Assembly: GCA_905178155.1 (NCBI GenBank)
Contig: CAJINV010000012.1
Location: 3,475,988-3,539,987 of the forward strand
Source of the DNA: Amoebophrya sp. A120
Taxonomy: Eukaryota; Protista; Dinoflagellata
Length of the DNA stretch: 64,000 nucleotides
Direction: 5' to 3'
The translations under genes were made by a program, and so were the position numbers. Below the pieces are notes generated by a model. It ran no database searches and had not been told where the DNA came from. It saw only the letters and a list, made by a program, of their open reading frames with translations. Each line of letters opens with the position of its first letter. Position 1 is the first letter of the stretch. Below are positions 24,608 to 37,400 of this stretch, piece after piece.

Positions 24608-27600
24608 ATGCTGCTGATGATGCCCGCTTCGCCGAGCACCGTCGCTGACGCAGGCGACACGCTCTCTTCCGGCACAACTGCAATGCCTTCCCAGCTACAG
24701 AAGTCCGCTGCGCACCGGTTTTGCCAATTCGCCATGAATTTGGTGAACCGGGAATTGGAGCCGCTGTTTGAATCCTGCATCCCGTATTTCGAGCAGGCCC
24801 AGAGCGAGTTAAACAACGGACAGGGGGAAACATTAGAGCAGTTATGCATCTTTGCAAATATGTCTGCTGTCTGGGTCATCGATCTGGAAAAATCCAAGGT
24901 TTGGCAACATGCGGGTTTTCAGGTTTTCCATGACTTCCCATGAGGGCTGGAAATGGAATGCAGGACCTAGCATGACAGATTCCGTGCTGGGATCTCTATC
25001 ATGTTCATGGTACCTGTCCTGCATCATGAGGAGCGTCCTCCTCTCAGTTTGCGCTTGGTCAAGGGAAAAAGTTACCAACTTTTGGCAATCTACTATCGTG
25101 CAACACAGATTTATTTTGCATGATCATCCGGAACTAGCATGACAAGTTGCACCAGTCGTGTTCCAGACGGAGATGACATATTTGCATTTGATAGCAGTAC
25201 AGCTGCTACCAAAAGTACATCGAAGTGCTTGAACAAAAGCTCTATGGATTGTAAAAATGTCCGGGTCTCGAAAAATGCAACCTGTGATGCTGTTTTTGGA
25301 TTCTAAAAAGATTTGTATTGCATGAGCAGCAAAAGAGGTCCAGTTTTTGCCATTGCGAGAGGGAATTTCTCATGCGGTATAGGCATTAGACAGCCCTCAC
25401 GTAATCTGTGACGCTAGGGCATGCATCACATACATCAGGACTAATGCAAAATGTGCATGACAAACCTTGCATCCTTCCAGACCCAGACATTTTTACATTT
25501 GATAAGCTCACGGAGTTCGTGAAGACAGAGCTGAATTTATGCAACACAAATCTTTGATATTCCGCGCCCGTGCAAATAAATGCATGGCAAATTACGCTAC
25601 CCTACGGTGCTAGAACATTTTACTTGTTATGCTGAGAAGTGGGATAAGAATAAGAAATTGCTATTGAAGGAAGGTTTCTGCATGATGCAGAAACCGCGTT
25701 TGATATTCCTGTACGCGCGCGGAAAGGTGTTTTTATTTACGGTGGATAGAATTACGACACGGAGCAGAACCCAAACGCAGCAGCGGATATGAATTGCAAA
25801 AGTACCGTACTAGTATAAATTGCATGACAAATTCGCTCAGCAAGACAAAAGTAGGGTGGGGGACTGGGGAGCGCCCGTAGGCCCACTGCCTCTAGGAATC
25901 AGTGGATGCTCTTCCTTCGTCTGGTCCTCTCGCCAGGTCTCACGAACGCCACCTGGGTCTCTAAACCCACCTAGGTCTGTTCTGCGTTGCATGCAAAAGA
26001 AATCTGGTTTTTTCGCAGGACGGTGTAACAGTGCCAGGATCTCTGTCTACGAGGGCGCCAGCTTCGGAAAGGAGATCTTTTGAACTTCACTTCACTTCAC
26101 TTCAAGACAAAAGTAGTTTGTAATGCTGTTTTACCTTGAGAAAAACATGCATATTTGCAATTGGTACGAGTGCGATACTTTTGCACAGGATAGCGGAGTT
26201 CCTCCAGCAACTGCAGGCCGCCATGGAGAAAGACAAAGAGGAAGTTTCGCGTATCAAATGCAAATATGTCTGGGTCTGGAAATTTGTGATGCTAAAATGT
26301 GCATGACGAAAACGCTCCCTCATGCGGGAGAGCATGACAAGTTTATTGCAGAACGCTTCTTCATACGCGCTCCGCATGAGAAAGTGCGTTTTTGTATGAC
26401 AAGATCAAGGGACGAGCAGGCTGCGACTTTTGTTGGTCATGCAATACAGATCTCACAGGAATGCAAGACTAGCATTACAAGTTACAACTTTCCAGACCCA
26501 GACATATTTGCAATGCATATCGCGGGAATTCGAGCAATTCCTGGCTGACTACAAGCAGCAGGTGTTAGCCCAGTTATGCATTGCAAAAGTATCGTACTAG
26601 TATAAATTGCAATACAAATTTTCTCAGCATGAGAAAGAAAATGTGTAATGCGGATTTACCTTAAGACAAAGATTTGTAATGCAAGACTTGCATTTATACG
26701 AATGCGATACTTTTGCACAGGATACCAGTTCGGCTACAACAACGACACGGACGGAGTGACAGGCGGAGCTGCTTTATCAAACAAAAAAAGTTCGTCACGA
26801 TCACTCATGCGCATTTTTGCAATACAAAACTGCTTGCCATGCGTAAAAATGCATCACAGCCAAACTTTATTAGGGATTTCCCTAGTGTTTCTGCAATACA
26901 AGGAAAATTTGTGATGCTAAGAAAATTTGTAATGCAAACCCTGCAAATTAGTGACTGTGATAAACTTTTTTCTCTCCATATGCTTCAGCTGGTTATGAGA
27001 GTACACACCTCCCCCTCGTCCCCCTCGTTTGTCATGCAAAATTCCAAATCCACCCTTTGCCTCTTAGTACTGTTCGCATGACAGATTTATTCGGACTCCG
27101 AAACAGCACTAAAATCCCCTAGAGATTTGTCATGCAAAAGTTGCATCTTTGCCAGCGCTTGTGCTGTTGTTCATGCAACACAAATGAGGGGGAGGGGGAG
27201 TTGGGCACTGTCATACTGCTGGGCACCAGTTGAGAACGGCGTTTAACGACGCGTCCGATGACGACCAATTGGAAGAGGAGGTTGCGCTGATGCGGATGCT
27301 ATCCTGTACAAAAGTATCTTACTCGTACTATTGCAATCATGCGTTACAAATCTTTTTTTTAAGGTAAATTCGCATTACAAATTTTACTTCTCATGCTGAG
27401 GAAATTTGTAATGCATTCATACGAGCACGATACTTTTGCAGTTCATAGGTGCTGTTCAAGCCCGAGTCTGTGGAAGATCTTTTCCATGCGGTCTTGAACA
27501 TGACGGAATACTCCTTCTTTTCCCAACTCATGCGCGAACGTGTGCGGCAAAAGCAGCTGGAGCAGAAAGCGAAGGAGGCATTGCAGCTGATCGAGAACCG

Positions 27601-29917
27601 CAAACGAAAGATCATCGAGGTATGCGAGTGCCAGGATCGAAATCGACAAAATCGAAAAAATTGTAAATGCGTATAAATGTAGGGCACGCATGGCCTGCGT
27701 TGGGGAGCACGAGCAGGCAAATGAGACCGACATCTGTACTTAGTCATGCGTCACTTGGAAGTTGGAACAAACTGAGGCTCCAACTGGTATCGGTTTTATG
27801 CGTCGCAAATTATTTCGATTTTGTTGATTTCGATTTTGGCACTCGGATACGAGGGCGAGTTCGGTCTCGCCTTTCGGTTTGTGGAGTTCGCCGTGGAGTT
27901 GTTAAATGACAAACTGTATGCTGTGCAAAAGTATCGTACTCGTAGTAATGGCAGATATGCATGACAAATCTTCCTCCTAAAGTAAAAGAGCATTACAAAT
28001 CCCACTTTTCTCCTTGCCAAAACTTGTAATGCAATTTATACCAGTGCGTTCTTACTTTTGCAATGCATAAACTGGATCCGTTTTACCACAGAACCACACC
28101 GCTCTTTGACCAGGATTATAACCAGGATAACGAACCGGCGGGACGAACATTAAAGGACTCCGACGAGTTCTCGCATTTGCACTATGCGGCCTTCAAGGAG
28201 TATGAAGAAATTGTCGAAACTGAACTACGGCAGTTTATTCTGGAGAAGGAACAATTCCCCTCGGTGGAAGCGTTTTTCGTCAACTTGCAGGACTTGATCG
28301 CGAAAGACGAGAAAAATCAGATCGACAATCGGTTGATTCAGGAAAACGAGCTGTTAGCGGAAGACCAGCTGCTATGGAGAGAAAAAAGTTTGTCACAGTC
28401 ACTAACTTGCAGGCTTTGCATTACAAATTTTCTCAGCATCACAACTTTCCTCTGTATTGCAGAAACACTAGGGAAATCCCTAATAAAGTTTGGCTGTGAT
28501 GCATTTTTACGCATGACAGAAAATTTTGTATTGCAAGAATGCGCATGAGTGATCGTGACGAACTTTTTTTGTTTGATAGCTGCGGAGATTTGGGTCGGTG
28601 CAGGACTTGATCTCGGGGGTCTTATATCCTGTGCAAAAGTTGTACTATCGTACTCGTAGTAATTGCATTTATGCAATACAAATCTCGGAGTCTCAAGGTA
28701 AAACAGCATTACAAATTCCATTTCCAAGAATGCTGGGCTAATTTGTAATGCAATTCATACTAGAAGTGCGTTAGCGTTACTTTTGCAATGCATATCTTAG
28801 ACCAAGTGGAGTTCAACTTTTTCGCGGAGATGATGCGGTTTCGGGCCCAACAGGAGAAAGTGTTTGGACTGTTCTTCCGAAGCGAGGATTTGGTTGGTAA
28901 AGATGAACTAGTACAGCCGACGACTAGTGCTAGTACTTCTGCAGGAGGAGCCACTCCGGGGACCAACTCTTCAAGTAGTCGGGGACCAACATCTACTTCA
29001 TCAATCCCCGAGCCCGAGCCGATTCCGGGCAGTGCGAATTTGTCACCGGCCGGCAGCGTGGTCGCTGGTCCCTCTTCTACTTCTGCTTCGCTTTCAGCAT
29101 CAAGTTACTTGCAAATGACGTTGCTTGTGCCGGAAAATTGCCTTGGCGGCTCCACGGTGGCGTTTGAAACGCCCGACGGGCAGAACCTCACCGCAGTGGT
29201 TCCCGAAGGATTGCAGCCCGGTGCTGCATTCACGGTAGAGTACCAACCGCTTCAGATGATGGTGATGACCTCTACGACCCCCGGTGCAGCAGCTCCTACT
29301 TCAGTTCTTGGAGACCACGATGCTGCAAGAACAAGCACAACAACCTTCACAGTGCAGGTGCCGGAAAATTGTGGCCCGGGAACGGTGCTGCTCGTAACCG
29401 CTATGGATTGCAAAAATGTCTGGGTTGTCTGGAAGGATGCAACTTGTGATGCTGCATTTGGATTCTACAAAAATCTGCATTACATGAACAGCAAAAGAGG
29501 TCCAGTTTTTACGACGGCGAGAGGGCATTTCTCATGCGGTATAGGCATCAGGTTCAGGGAGCCCTGATAAAATCTGCGATGCTACTAGGGCATGCATCAC
29601 AGACATCAGGGGTCATGCCAAAGCTGCATCACAAATCTCTGCATCCTTCCAGACCCAGACACTTTTGCATTTGATAACCGCGCCGAGCGGACAACAGGTG
29701 AATGTCGAGGTGCCGGCTGGGGTTTATCCTGTGCAAAAGTATCGTAGTCGTACTAATTCATTGCAGTATATGCATGACAAATCTTCTTTTCAAAGTAAGA
29801 CAGCATGACAAATTCCATTTCTCATGCTGAGCAAATTTGTAATGCAATTTGTACTAGTACGATACTTTTGCAGTTCATAGGGTTGTGTCGGGGATGAATT
29901 TCGAGGTGAGTATGTAG
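24608..29917 (+). CDS. Protein with two BART (ARL2-binding/CFAP36-like) domains and two C-terminal VPxG repeats, 16 exons
   Basis: Reassembled domain 1: FESCIPYFEQ..ETLEQYSCYQKYIEVLEQKLTEFV..AEFLQQL..VLNMTEYSFFSQLM. Domain 2: TTPLFDQ..EFSHLHYAAFKEYEEIVETELRQFI..EAFF..VLDQVEFNFFAEMM. Domain call is by eye. Confidence 0.7.
24843..25193. mobile_element. Introner family A (degenerate)
   Basis: DR gcagt. Confidence 0.85.
25243..25504. mobile_element. Introner family A
   Basis: DR agctc. Confidence 0.9.
25538..25748. mobile_element. Introner, family I-like (degenerate TIR)
   Basis: TATG..GATA, DR gaatt, frame restored. Confidence 0.75.
25788..26192. mobile_element. Introner family B with nested retroelement fragment
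   Basis: DR gcgga. An empty sister copy lies at 34621-34770. Confidence 0.85.
25855..26102 (+). mobile_element. 5'-truncated non-LTR retrotransposon-like insertion
   Basis: 14-bp TSD caagacaaaagtag (25841-54, 26103-16). A stop codon is followed directly by an (ACTTC)n tail. Confidence 0.75.
26252..26519. mobile_element. Introner family A
   Basis: DR tcgcg. Confidence 0.9.
26575..26724. mobile_element. Introner family B
   Basis: DR ccagt. Confidence 0.9.
26775..26980 (+). mobile_element. Introner family D (206 bp)
   Basis: DR tgctt. Confidence 0.9.
26994..27215. mobile_element. Introner family J
   Basis: TIR tatgagagtac..ctccccctc / gagggggag..gcactgtcata, DR ctggt/ctgct. Confidence 0.8.
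27300..27447. mobile_element. Introner family B
   Basis: DR gatgc/ggtgc. Confidence 0.85.
27621..27849. mobile_element. Introner family K (GT-AG compatible)
   Basis: ~37-bp TIR tatgcgagtgccaggatcgaaatcgacaaaatcgaaa, DR cgagg. Confidence 0.9.
27917..28069. mobile_element. Introner family B
   Basis: DR aactg. Confidence 0.9.
28373..28578 (-). mobile_element. Introner family D (206 bp, reverse orientation)
   Basis: DR gctgc, reverse complement of 26775-26980. Confidence 0.9.
28625..28794. mobile_element. Introner family B
   Basis: DR tctta. Confidence 0.9.
29402..29676. mobile_element. Introner family A
   Basis: DR accgc. Confidence 0.9.
29725..29879. mobile_element. Introner family B
   Basis: DR gggtt. 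Confidence 0.9.
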
Positions 29918-31481
29918 AGAAATACTAAGTTGTGGAGTAAATAAGCTCGTCCTGCTGGAGCTGCTGCTGTACCTCTACCTGGAGGTTTATCTGGAGTTCG
30001 TCTATCAACGAAGAGATGGTGGTCGTGAAGCCTACCTCGTCTTCTCTGACAATAAACCACACGAGCATGTTAACCGAGGTTGTTTGTACTTGTTTTCCAA
30101 GAAAAAATCTCGAAACTCGACCTGTATTGTACATGTACAACGAACATCAAACCACGTCAGCCGAATTTTTTTTCAACAGCAAATAGAAGAAGTACAACTG
30201 GGAAGATTTCTAGGCTTCCTCACCTGTAAATATATTACGCAAACTTCTAGAAGTAGAATGAATACAGAATCACACGACGACAGCATGTGCATGCGAGAGG
30301 ACAAAGATCCGAGATCAGAAGCACAAACATAGGGCGTTGAAAAAGCGTAGGGTCCGCACCTCCAGCATTTCCTGGGATGTAGCAGCGGAAAACACTTTTT
30401 GGATTTTATAATATCATTGCAAAGACGAGTGGATTTATAAAAAAAACTTTCGCGCATGGTCCTTTTCCTACAACACACTGCGCACCAACCAAACCGGATT
30501 TTTTGAATCATTTCAATAAAACATGAACACTATTCAAATTCTCGCGCTCCTAGATCCTATTTATTGGGCAGACAAATTTTCACGTAATAAAAAAAGACAA
30601 AAGGCACCAGCTTAGGCGGGTATTATTTCGCTTGCTCCGCGGGGAAACCCTGGTGCATTTTTCGACATCTGCGATGTAAATTGTAATATATAAACTGAAT
30701 AAGAAATAATTCTGAGGCAATAATGCGTCGCCATCTTCAACATCAACACGTTCTTGGCGTGACCTGCTATCCCTAACGACGTCCAGGAGATCTTCAGACT
30801 TGGTCGCAGGTACCCTGTGTATCAGGATCAAAAGCGGCCGCTCAGTCAGGGAACTACACAGTCGATGGTAAACCGAAAGATCTTCGATGCCATGAACATG
30901 AAAATGATCACAGCATCAGTCGTTCCTGCTGTTTCATCCTTCTCTTTCGGTCGTCGGGTCTTGTGTCATGGTAAGTACTATACCTTTACATCTTCTAACT
31001 TTTGACTACAGCGACACCAAAACAAACACATTCGAGGTGAGATTGTTTTTAGTTAGTGGTTTAAGTTTAACTTCGTTCATCTAAGAGTATGACTCCCCAC
31101 GAGCACGTCGACTTCATCGTTTGGAGAGATGAACATATGTGATCATCATCATCGTCTGACCTCAATCCCCGCACGATTGAGACTGATATGTTGTTCTGAT
31201 ACAAACAAAATATGATTGGAAGACCAAAGATCGATCATGTTGGCCAACAAGTACTCTGCTCGAGGACCACGGGGTGACAACATTTTTCCCACGACAAAAT
31301 TCCAACCTCCACAGGGGTACTTCTATAAGCAGTCGGAGCAGTAGTTACTAAACACAACACGACCTTCAACATCTTCGCTCTCCTGACAGTATACCTGGCA
31401 GGGGGAGAAGCGAAGAACTGTCGAGCAGCAAGACAAGACATTATACCAATAGGACCCTGACCACATCCGGAACGTCGCAAG

Positions 31482-34400
31482 ATGCTTTCCGACGACGGGG
31501 GCCAACAAAAGCTCTACCTGTTGGAGCAGGCAATCGTGCTCCTTTTCGGGCCGCACACGCCCCAGCGACAAGAAGCCGAGAACTTCGTGAACACGTATGC
31601 ACTGCAGCAAAAGTTGTATCGTCCTAGTAGTGAACTGCCCTTATTAGAACAAATTTGCTCAGCATGAAGATGACAACTGGAAGCGGCCGTAATGTTGTTT
31701 TAGGTTAGGAAGGCAATTTGTCATCCATATTATCTGCAATTAGAAGTATAGCACGGGTGCGATATTACAACTTTTGCACAGGATAACACGCACCACTTAG
31801 CTACTTTCACAAGTCTTTTCGAGCAAACGAAATCGGAGCAGATTCAGTACTATCAAATGCAAAAATGTCTGGGTCTGGAAACTTGTGATGCTGAATTGCG
31901 CATGATTGAAGCGCTTCCAATGGCAGCCAAGCATGACAAGTTTTTGAGAGGCCTGCTGAAGCTGATGCCTAGCACGCATTACAAATTGTGCTATTGCATG
32001 ACAAAGAAAGCTTCTCTTTTGCTGCTTATGCAACACAGATTTTCCAGGAATGCATGACACGCACTACAAGTTCCACTTTTTCAGACCCAGACATTTTTAC
32101 ATTTGATAAGTACTACTGCCTCATGCGGCTGGACCAGAACGTGGAGCAGTCGGTGGAGCTACGAAGGGATGTGATCGTGCCGTTTATTCTAACCCAGTGC
32201 TGTTCGGAGAAGTTCGATTTGAGTCTGTTATGAAATGCAAAAGTATCGTACTCGTTGTATAAATGCATGACAACTTCCCTGCTCAGCATGAGAAATAAAA
32301 TTTGCAATGCGGATTTGACTTGAGAAAGAAATTTGTAATGCATGATCGCAATTACTACGAGGACGATACTTTTGCACAGGATATCTGTCCAAAGCGAACA
32401 AGAACAAATTGTCCTTCATCTACTACTATCAGATGCAAAAGTGTCTGGGTCCTCTGGAAGACTGCAACTTGTGATGCTGCGTTTGGATTCCAAAAAATTC
32501 TGTATTGCATGAGCAGCAAAGGGAATGCGATTTCTGCTACGCGGAGAGGGCATTTGCCATGCGGAATAGGCATCAAGATGCCCTCAAAAATCTGTGATGC
32601 TAGGGCACGCATCACAGACGAGACATCATGGCTCATGCTGCAAAACGTGCATCACAAGGCTGAGAAAAATCTTCCAGACCCAGACACTTTTGTAATCCAT
32701 AACTACAAATGCGTTGTGCTGGACTACTGCCACGACGATCATGGAGGACACGTACAAAACCAGCATCAGCGCGAGATTTATTTCTGGGCAACGGCCTTCT
32801 CCGACATTTTCGACCACTCTGTTTGCAGAGTGGCCATACAGGAAGCGGAGTGCCAGGATCGACAGCGGGTGGAGATGTTGAAAGCTAATGCAGTACTGAA
32901 GATGTCCTCTGGCAGCTCAGGAGGTGGCGGCAGCACTAGTTCCTCCTCAACATCCGCGGTCGCAAACAACATTACCGCTCCTAGTTCCCTGGCATCTTTA
33001 GCCTCCTCTCACTCCACCGCGGACGCGGTAAAGTACCGGTTGGTGGAGTTAATGAACCGCGTGTTGTTCGAGTTATCCGAGAACCTTCTCTGCGAAGACG
33101 CGGCCTTCCGGTTGGACACTATGGATTGCAAAAATGTCTGGGTCTGGAAGGTTGCAACTTGTCATGCTGTTTTTGGACTCTAAAAAAATTTGTATTGCTT
33201 GACCAGCAAGAGGAGCCCAGACTGTGCTACGCGGAGAGGGCATTTGTCATGCGGAATAGGCATCAGGAAGCCTTCCAAAAATCTGTGATGCTAAATCATA
33301 CACTACAGGCATCATGGGTCATGCAAAATATGCATGACAAACCTGGCACTCTTCCAGACCCAGACAGTTTTGCACTTGATAGACACGGCGGAAAAGCGAA
33401 ATCGAGCGAGTGTCTGCAAGGAACGGATCAAGCAGAAGGAGTGGGATTTCTTTGTCAACATCTGGATGAATGTGCTGGGAAAGCTATCGAAAGGAAAAAT
33501 CCCCCCTCCCCATATCGAAAACGAAATTTGTGATGCTGTATTTGAGGTCACAAATCGACTCGTCATGCTAGAAGGCCAAGAGCCGCAGTCGTGGCCTCGT
33601 TTGCAGGCAATTTGTCATGCTGTTTCCCACTCTCAGCTGCCTCCTATCATGCTGAAGATGCAAGGCTTCCCCACGCCACCCAGCACTGCAGTCCGCATCT
33701 TTTCCCGTGTAGCATGACAAAGCTGATTTGTGACAACAAATCTGCATCACAGATTTCCGTTTTGATATGGGGAGGGGGGATTTTTCCTTTTGAGAAAAGC
33801 CGTTGGTGGAAAGTAGCTCGAGCAGTAGTTGCACAACTAGTTCAACGTCGACCCAAAACAGCAGTACAACAAACTCTTCTGCAACAAATTCAAATCATCA
33901 ACCACTGCTGTACCAGTTTGGTGGTCACCAGCACCGCGCTGCTGACCACCAGCAGCAGGAGTATCAGGTAATCGCGGCCAACAACGCAATATGAACTGCA
34001 AAAGTATCGTACTCGTATAAATGCATCGAATTTTCTCAGCATGCGAAATGAAATTTCAATTTGTCATGCTGATTTACTTTAAGAAAAAAATTTGTAATGT
34101 TGCAAGACCTGCATTTATACGAATGCGATACTTTTGCACAGGATACGCAAGACTGCTGAATCTGCAGTCGGACTGTCTCCTGGCGATGAAGGAATTCATT
34201 CCCTGGGTTGAGTATCAAAAGGAAAAATCCCCCCTCCCCATATCAAAACGAAATTTCTGATGCTGGATTTGGATACACAAATCAAATTTGTGTTGCAGTA
34301 GAGGAAGGCACGCAGATCCTGAGCCTAGGCGGGGGCCTTTTGTTGTAGGCGCCTAGCATGGTAGACGGCTACCCTGTAGGCCTTACAGCGTTACAAATCG

Positions 34401-37400
34401 CCGGCATAACCACGTGGCGGGCAGCCTGAGCGTGCCTTCTTGCAAGACAGACCCGGCCTGTGGTCAAAAATCAGCAACACAAATTAGCGGAGGCATACCT
34501 TTTCGATATGGGGAGGGGGGATTTTTTCTTTTCATATTGAGGCGGTCAAGGTTTGGAACCAAACCACGATCCAAACGCTGCAGAGGCTCATGCTGTCCGC
34601 TATTGAGCGGAGGAAAAAAATATGAATTGCAAAAGTATCGTACTAGGCTAAATTGCATGACAAATTCGCTCAGCAAGACAAAAGTAATTTGTAATGCTGT
34701 TTTACCTTGAGAATAACATTTGTCATGCATATTTGCAATTGGTACGAGTGCGATACTTTTGCACAGGATAAAAAAACGAAGAGCAGTCGCTGAGACTGTC
34801 CGACGCTTCTGTTTCCACCTGTGTATCAAATGTAAAAATGTCTGGGTCTGGAACAAGAATGCAAGATTTGCGATGCAGTTTTTCCATGACCCATGAGGCC
34901 TGGAATGCAGCGCCTAGCATGACAAACGCCGTGAGGTGTCTACCATGCTTATCCTGCATGAGAAACTCCCTGTCAAACAGGTCAAAAGTGGACATCTTTT
35001 GGTAATCATGCAACACAAGTTTTTGCATGCTTCAGATTCAGCATCACAAGTTGCATTCTTCCAGACCCAGACACTTTTGCACTTGATATTGTGGAAGCGA
35101 GAACAACCCGGGGTTCCCGCACTCCGGGAACCAAACCACTTCCCTTATGCCAGCCTCAGAATGGAAATCCTCAAAGTGGAAATGATTTGTAATGCAAAAA
35201 AACGACTCCAGTTGAAGCGCCATTTCTAGTCGGCGCATGACAAATTTACCGGGCACTCAAAGCATGTCTGTCATGCTAGTTAGGGCAAAAGGGTGCCCTT
35301 CTCTCGTGCTGATCAGCAACACAGTTCTGAACCCGGAGAAGCACAATAGCCGGCCTCCATTGCGTCCTCTGCAATGCAGTTTTTTTGGTGTCGCATTTCA
35401 TGCATCACAAATTATTTCCACTTTGAGAATTTCCATTCTGAGGCTTTCATATCCCTGTTCCCCGTCTGCTGCGACGTGTTCGACGCGCTGTTGAAACGGA
35501 AGTTCTCGTCGGAGAACCAGATCGACAAGTTGAAAGCGTTGTCCGTTTTTCGCATCACCGAGTTCTTTTTGGAGCAGCTGGCGGACAGCGATCTGGTGCC
35601 AACAGTTGGTGGAATATCAAACACTTCTAGCGATGTTGGTGCCAACATGACAGGTAATCAACAGCTCGGTGTGATTTATTCCGCCGCGAACTCCACAGCG
35701 ACGACGCCAAATGTGGTGGCGAGCAGCGAAACCGCCGGGATGATCATGAACGGCAGCCAGCAAGAACACGGGATGCACCACCTCCGTTTGATCCAGAGCC
35801 AAAACCCTTTCGAGGAAGACAGCGATTTGTGGCTGGATATGAATTGCAAAGGCATTGTACTATTATGAATTGCATTACAAAGTTCCTTGGCATGAGAAAT
35901 GGAATTTGTAATGCTGATTGACCTTAGGAAAAAGTCTTGTAATGCATGACTGCAATTACTACGAGTGCGATGCTTGTTTTGCACTGGATACTGGAGAAAA
36001 AAGTCGAAGTCGTCGACTCTTTAGCGGAAGCGGTGCTGGAAATTATTACAATGAAAAATGCCCCCTCCCCATATCAAAACGGAAATCTGTGATGCAGATT
36101 TGTGGTCACAAATCTGCTTTGTGATGCTAGAAGGCAAAAGATGAGGACTGTAGCGCTGCCTAGCGTGGGAAAGCCTTGCAGCTCCAGGATGACAGGATGC
36201 AACTGGAAGTGGGAAACAGCATGACAGATTGCCTGCAATTTAGGCCGCAGCTTCGTCTCTTGGCCTTCTAGCAATACAAGTCGACTTGTGTATTCAAATA
36301 CAGCATCACAAATTCGCGCATCTTCCGTTTCCGATATGGGGTTGGGGCTTTTTTCACTTTGATAGAAATCTACGTGAATTTACGGAAAAAACTGGGCACG
36401 TACAACACGAACGTTGTGGAGAATAAACACAAGGCGTCGAAGAAATCGAAACCCAGCACTTCCGCGAAGATGCACCCCAATAATTCGGAGCAAAATCTCA
36501 GCCAGCAGCTGCGGGAGAGGGACAGAGCCAATAATAATGACATTAATTTACAGCATCTACTCGACGCGGAAGGCGAGGCGTTGCGGCTACTTGGGGTGTT
36601 GCTGCCCCAGATCAGCAATTATTTCGCGCACCCAAGGTTTGCGATTGCCAACTCGGTGGAGGTATCAAATGTAAAAGTGTCTGGGTCCTCTGGAAGAATG
36701 CCAGACTTGTCATGCAGGTTTTCCATGACTCATGAAGTCTGGTATCGAGGACATAGCATGACAGATTCTGTGAGAGTTCTATCGTGCCTATCCTGCATGA
36801 GAAACTGCCGCTCGATTAGGTCAAAAGTGGGCAGCTTTTGGCAATCATGCAACACAGATTTTTACATGATTCAGATTTAGCATGACAAGCTGCTTTGTTC
36901 CAGACCCAGACACTTTTGCATTCCATAGGAGGAGTTTCTGTCTGAGTTTTTCCGCGAGGTGGAGCATTTGATCGTTCCAGAAATAAACTACGCACAGAAT
37001 GCTGGTGATCATCTTCCCCAAGGTGCTGGACCTCAACAAAGCAGTAGTAGTAGTTCTACCACAACAGCAGGCCAGCAACCACCACCAGCTCGTCGCAGTG
37101 GACCTCTTATCAAGTGCAAATATGTCTGGGTCTGCAAACTTGTAATGCTGAATGGTCATGATTGACTGCGTTTTTAAGTGCAGAAGTGCAGCATGACAAA
37201 TTTTTCAAACGGTTTCTCATGCGCAGAACGCATTACGAAGTCCGCTTTGGTATGACGAAAGTGTGGCACTTTGTGCGCTGCTTATGCAATACAGATTTTT
37301 TAGATATGCGAAACGCGCGATACAACAGTTTCAACCTTTGTCATTGTCCAGACACAGAGATATTTGCGGTTGATCCCTCTGTTCACCAGACAACTCCTGC

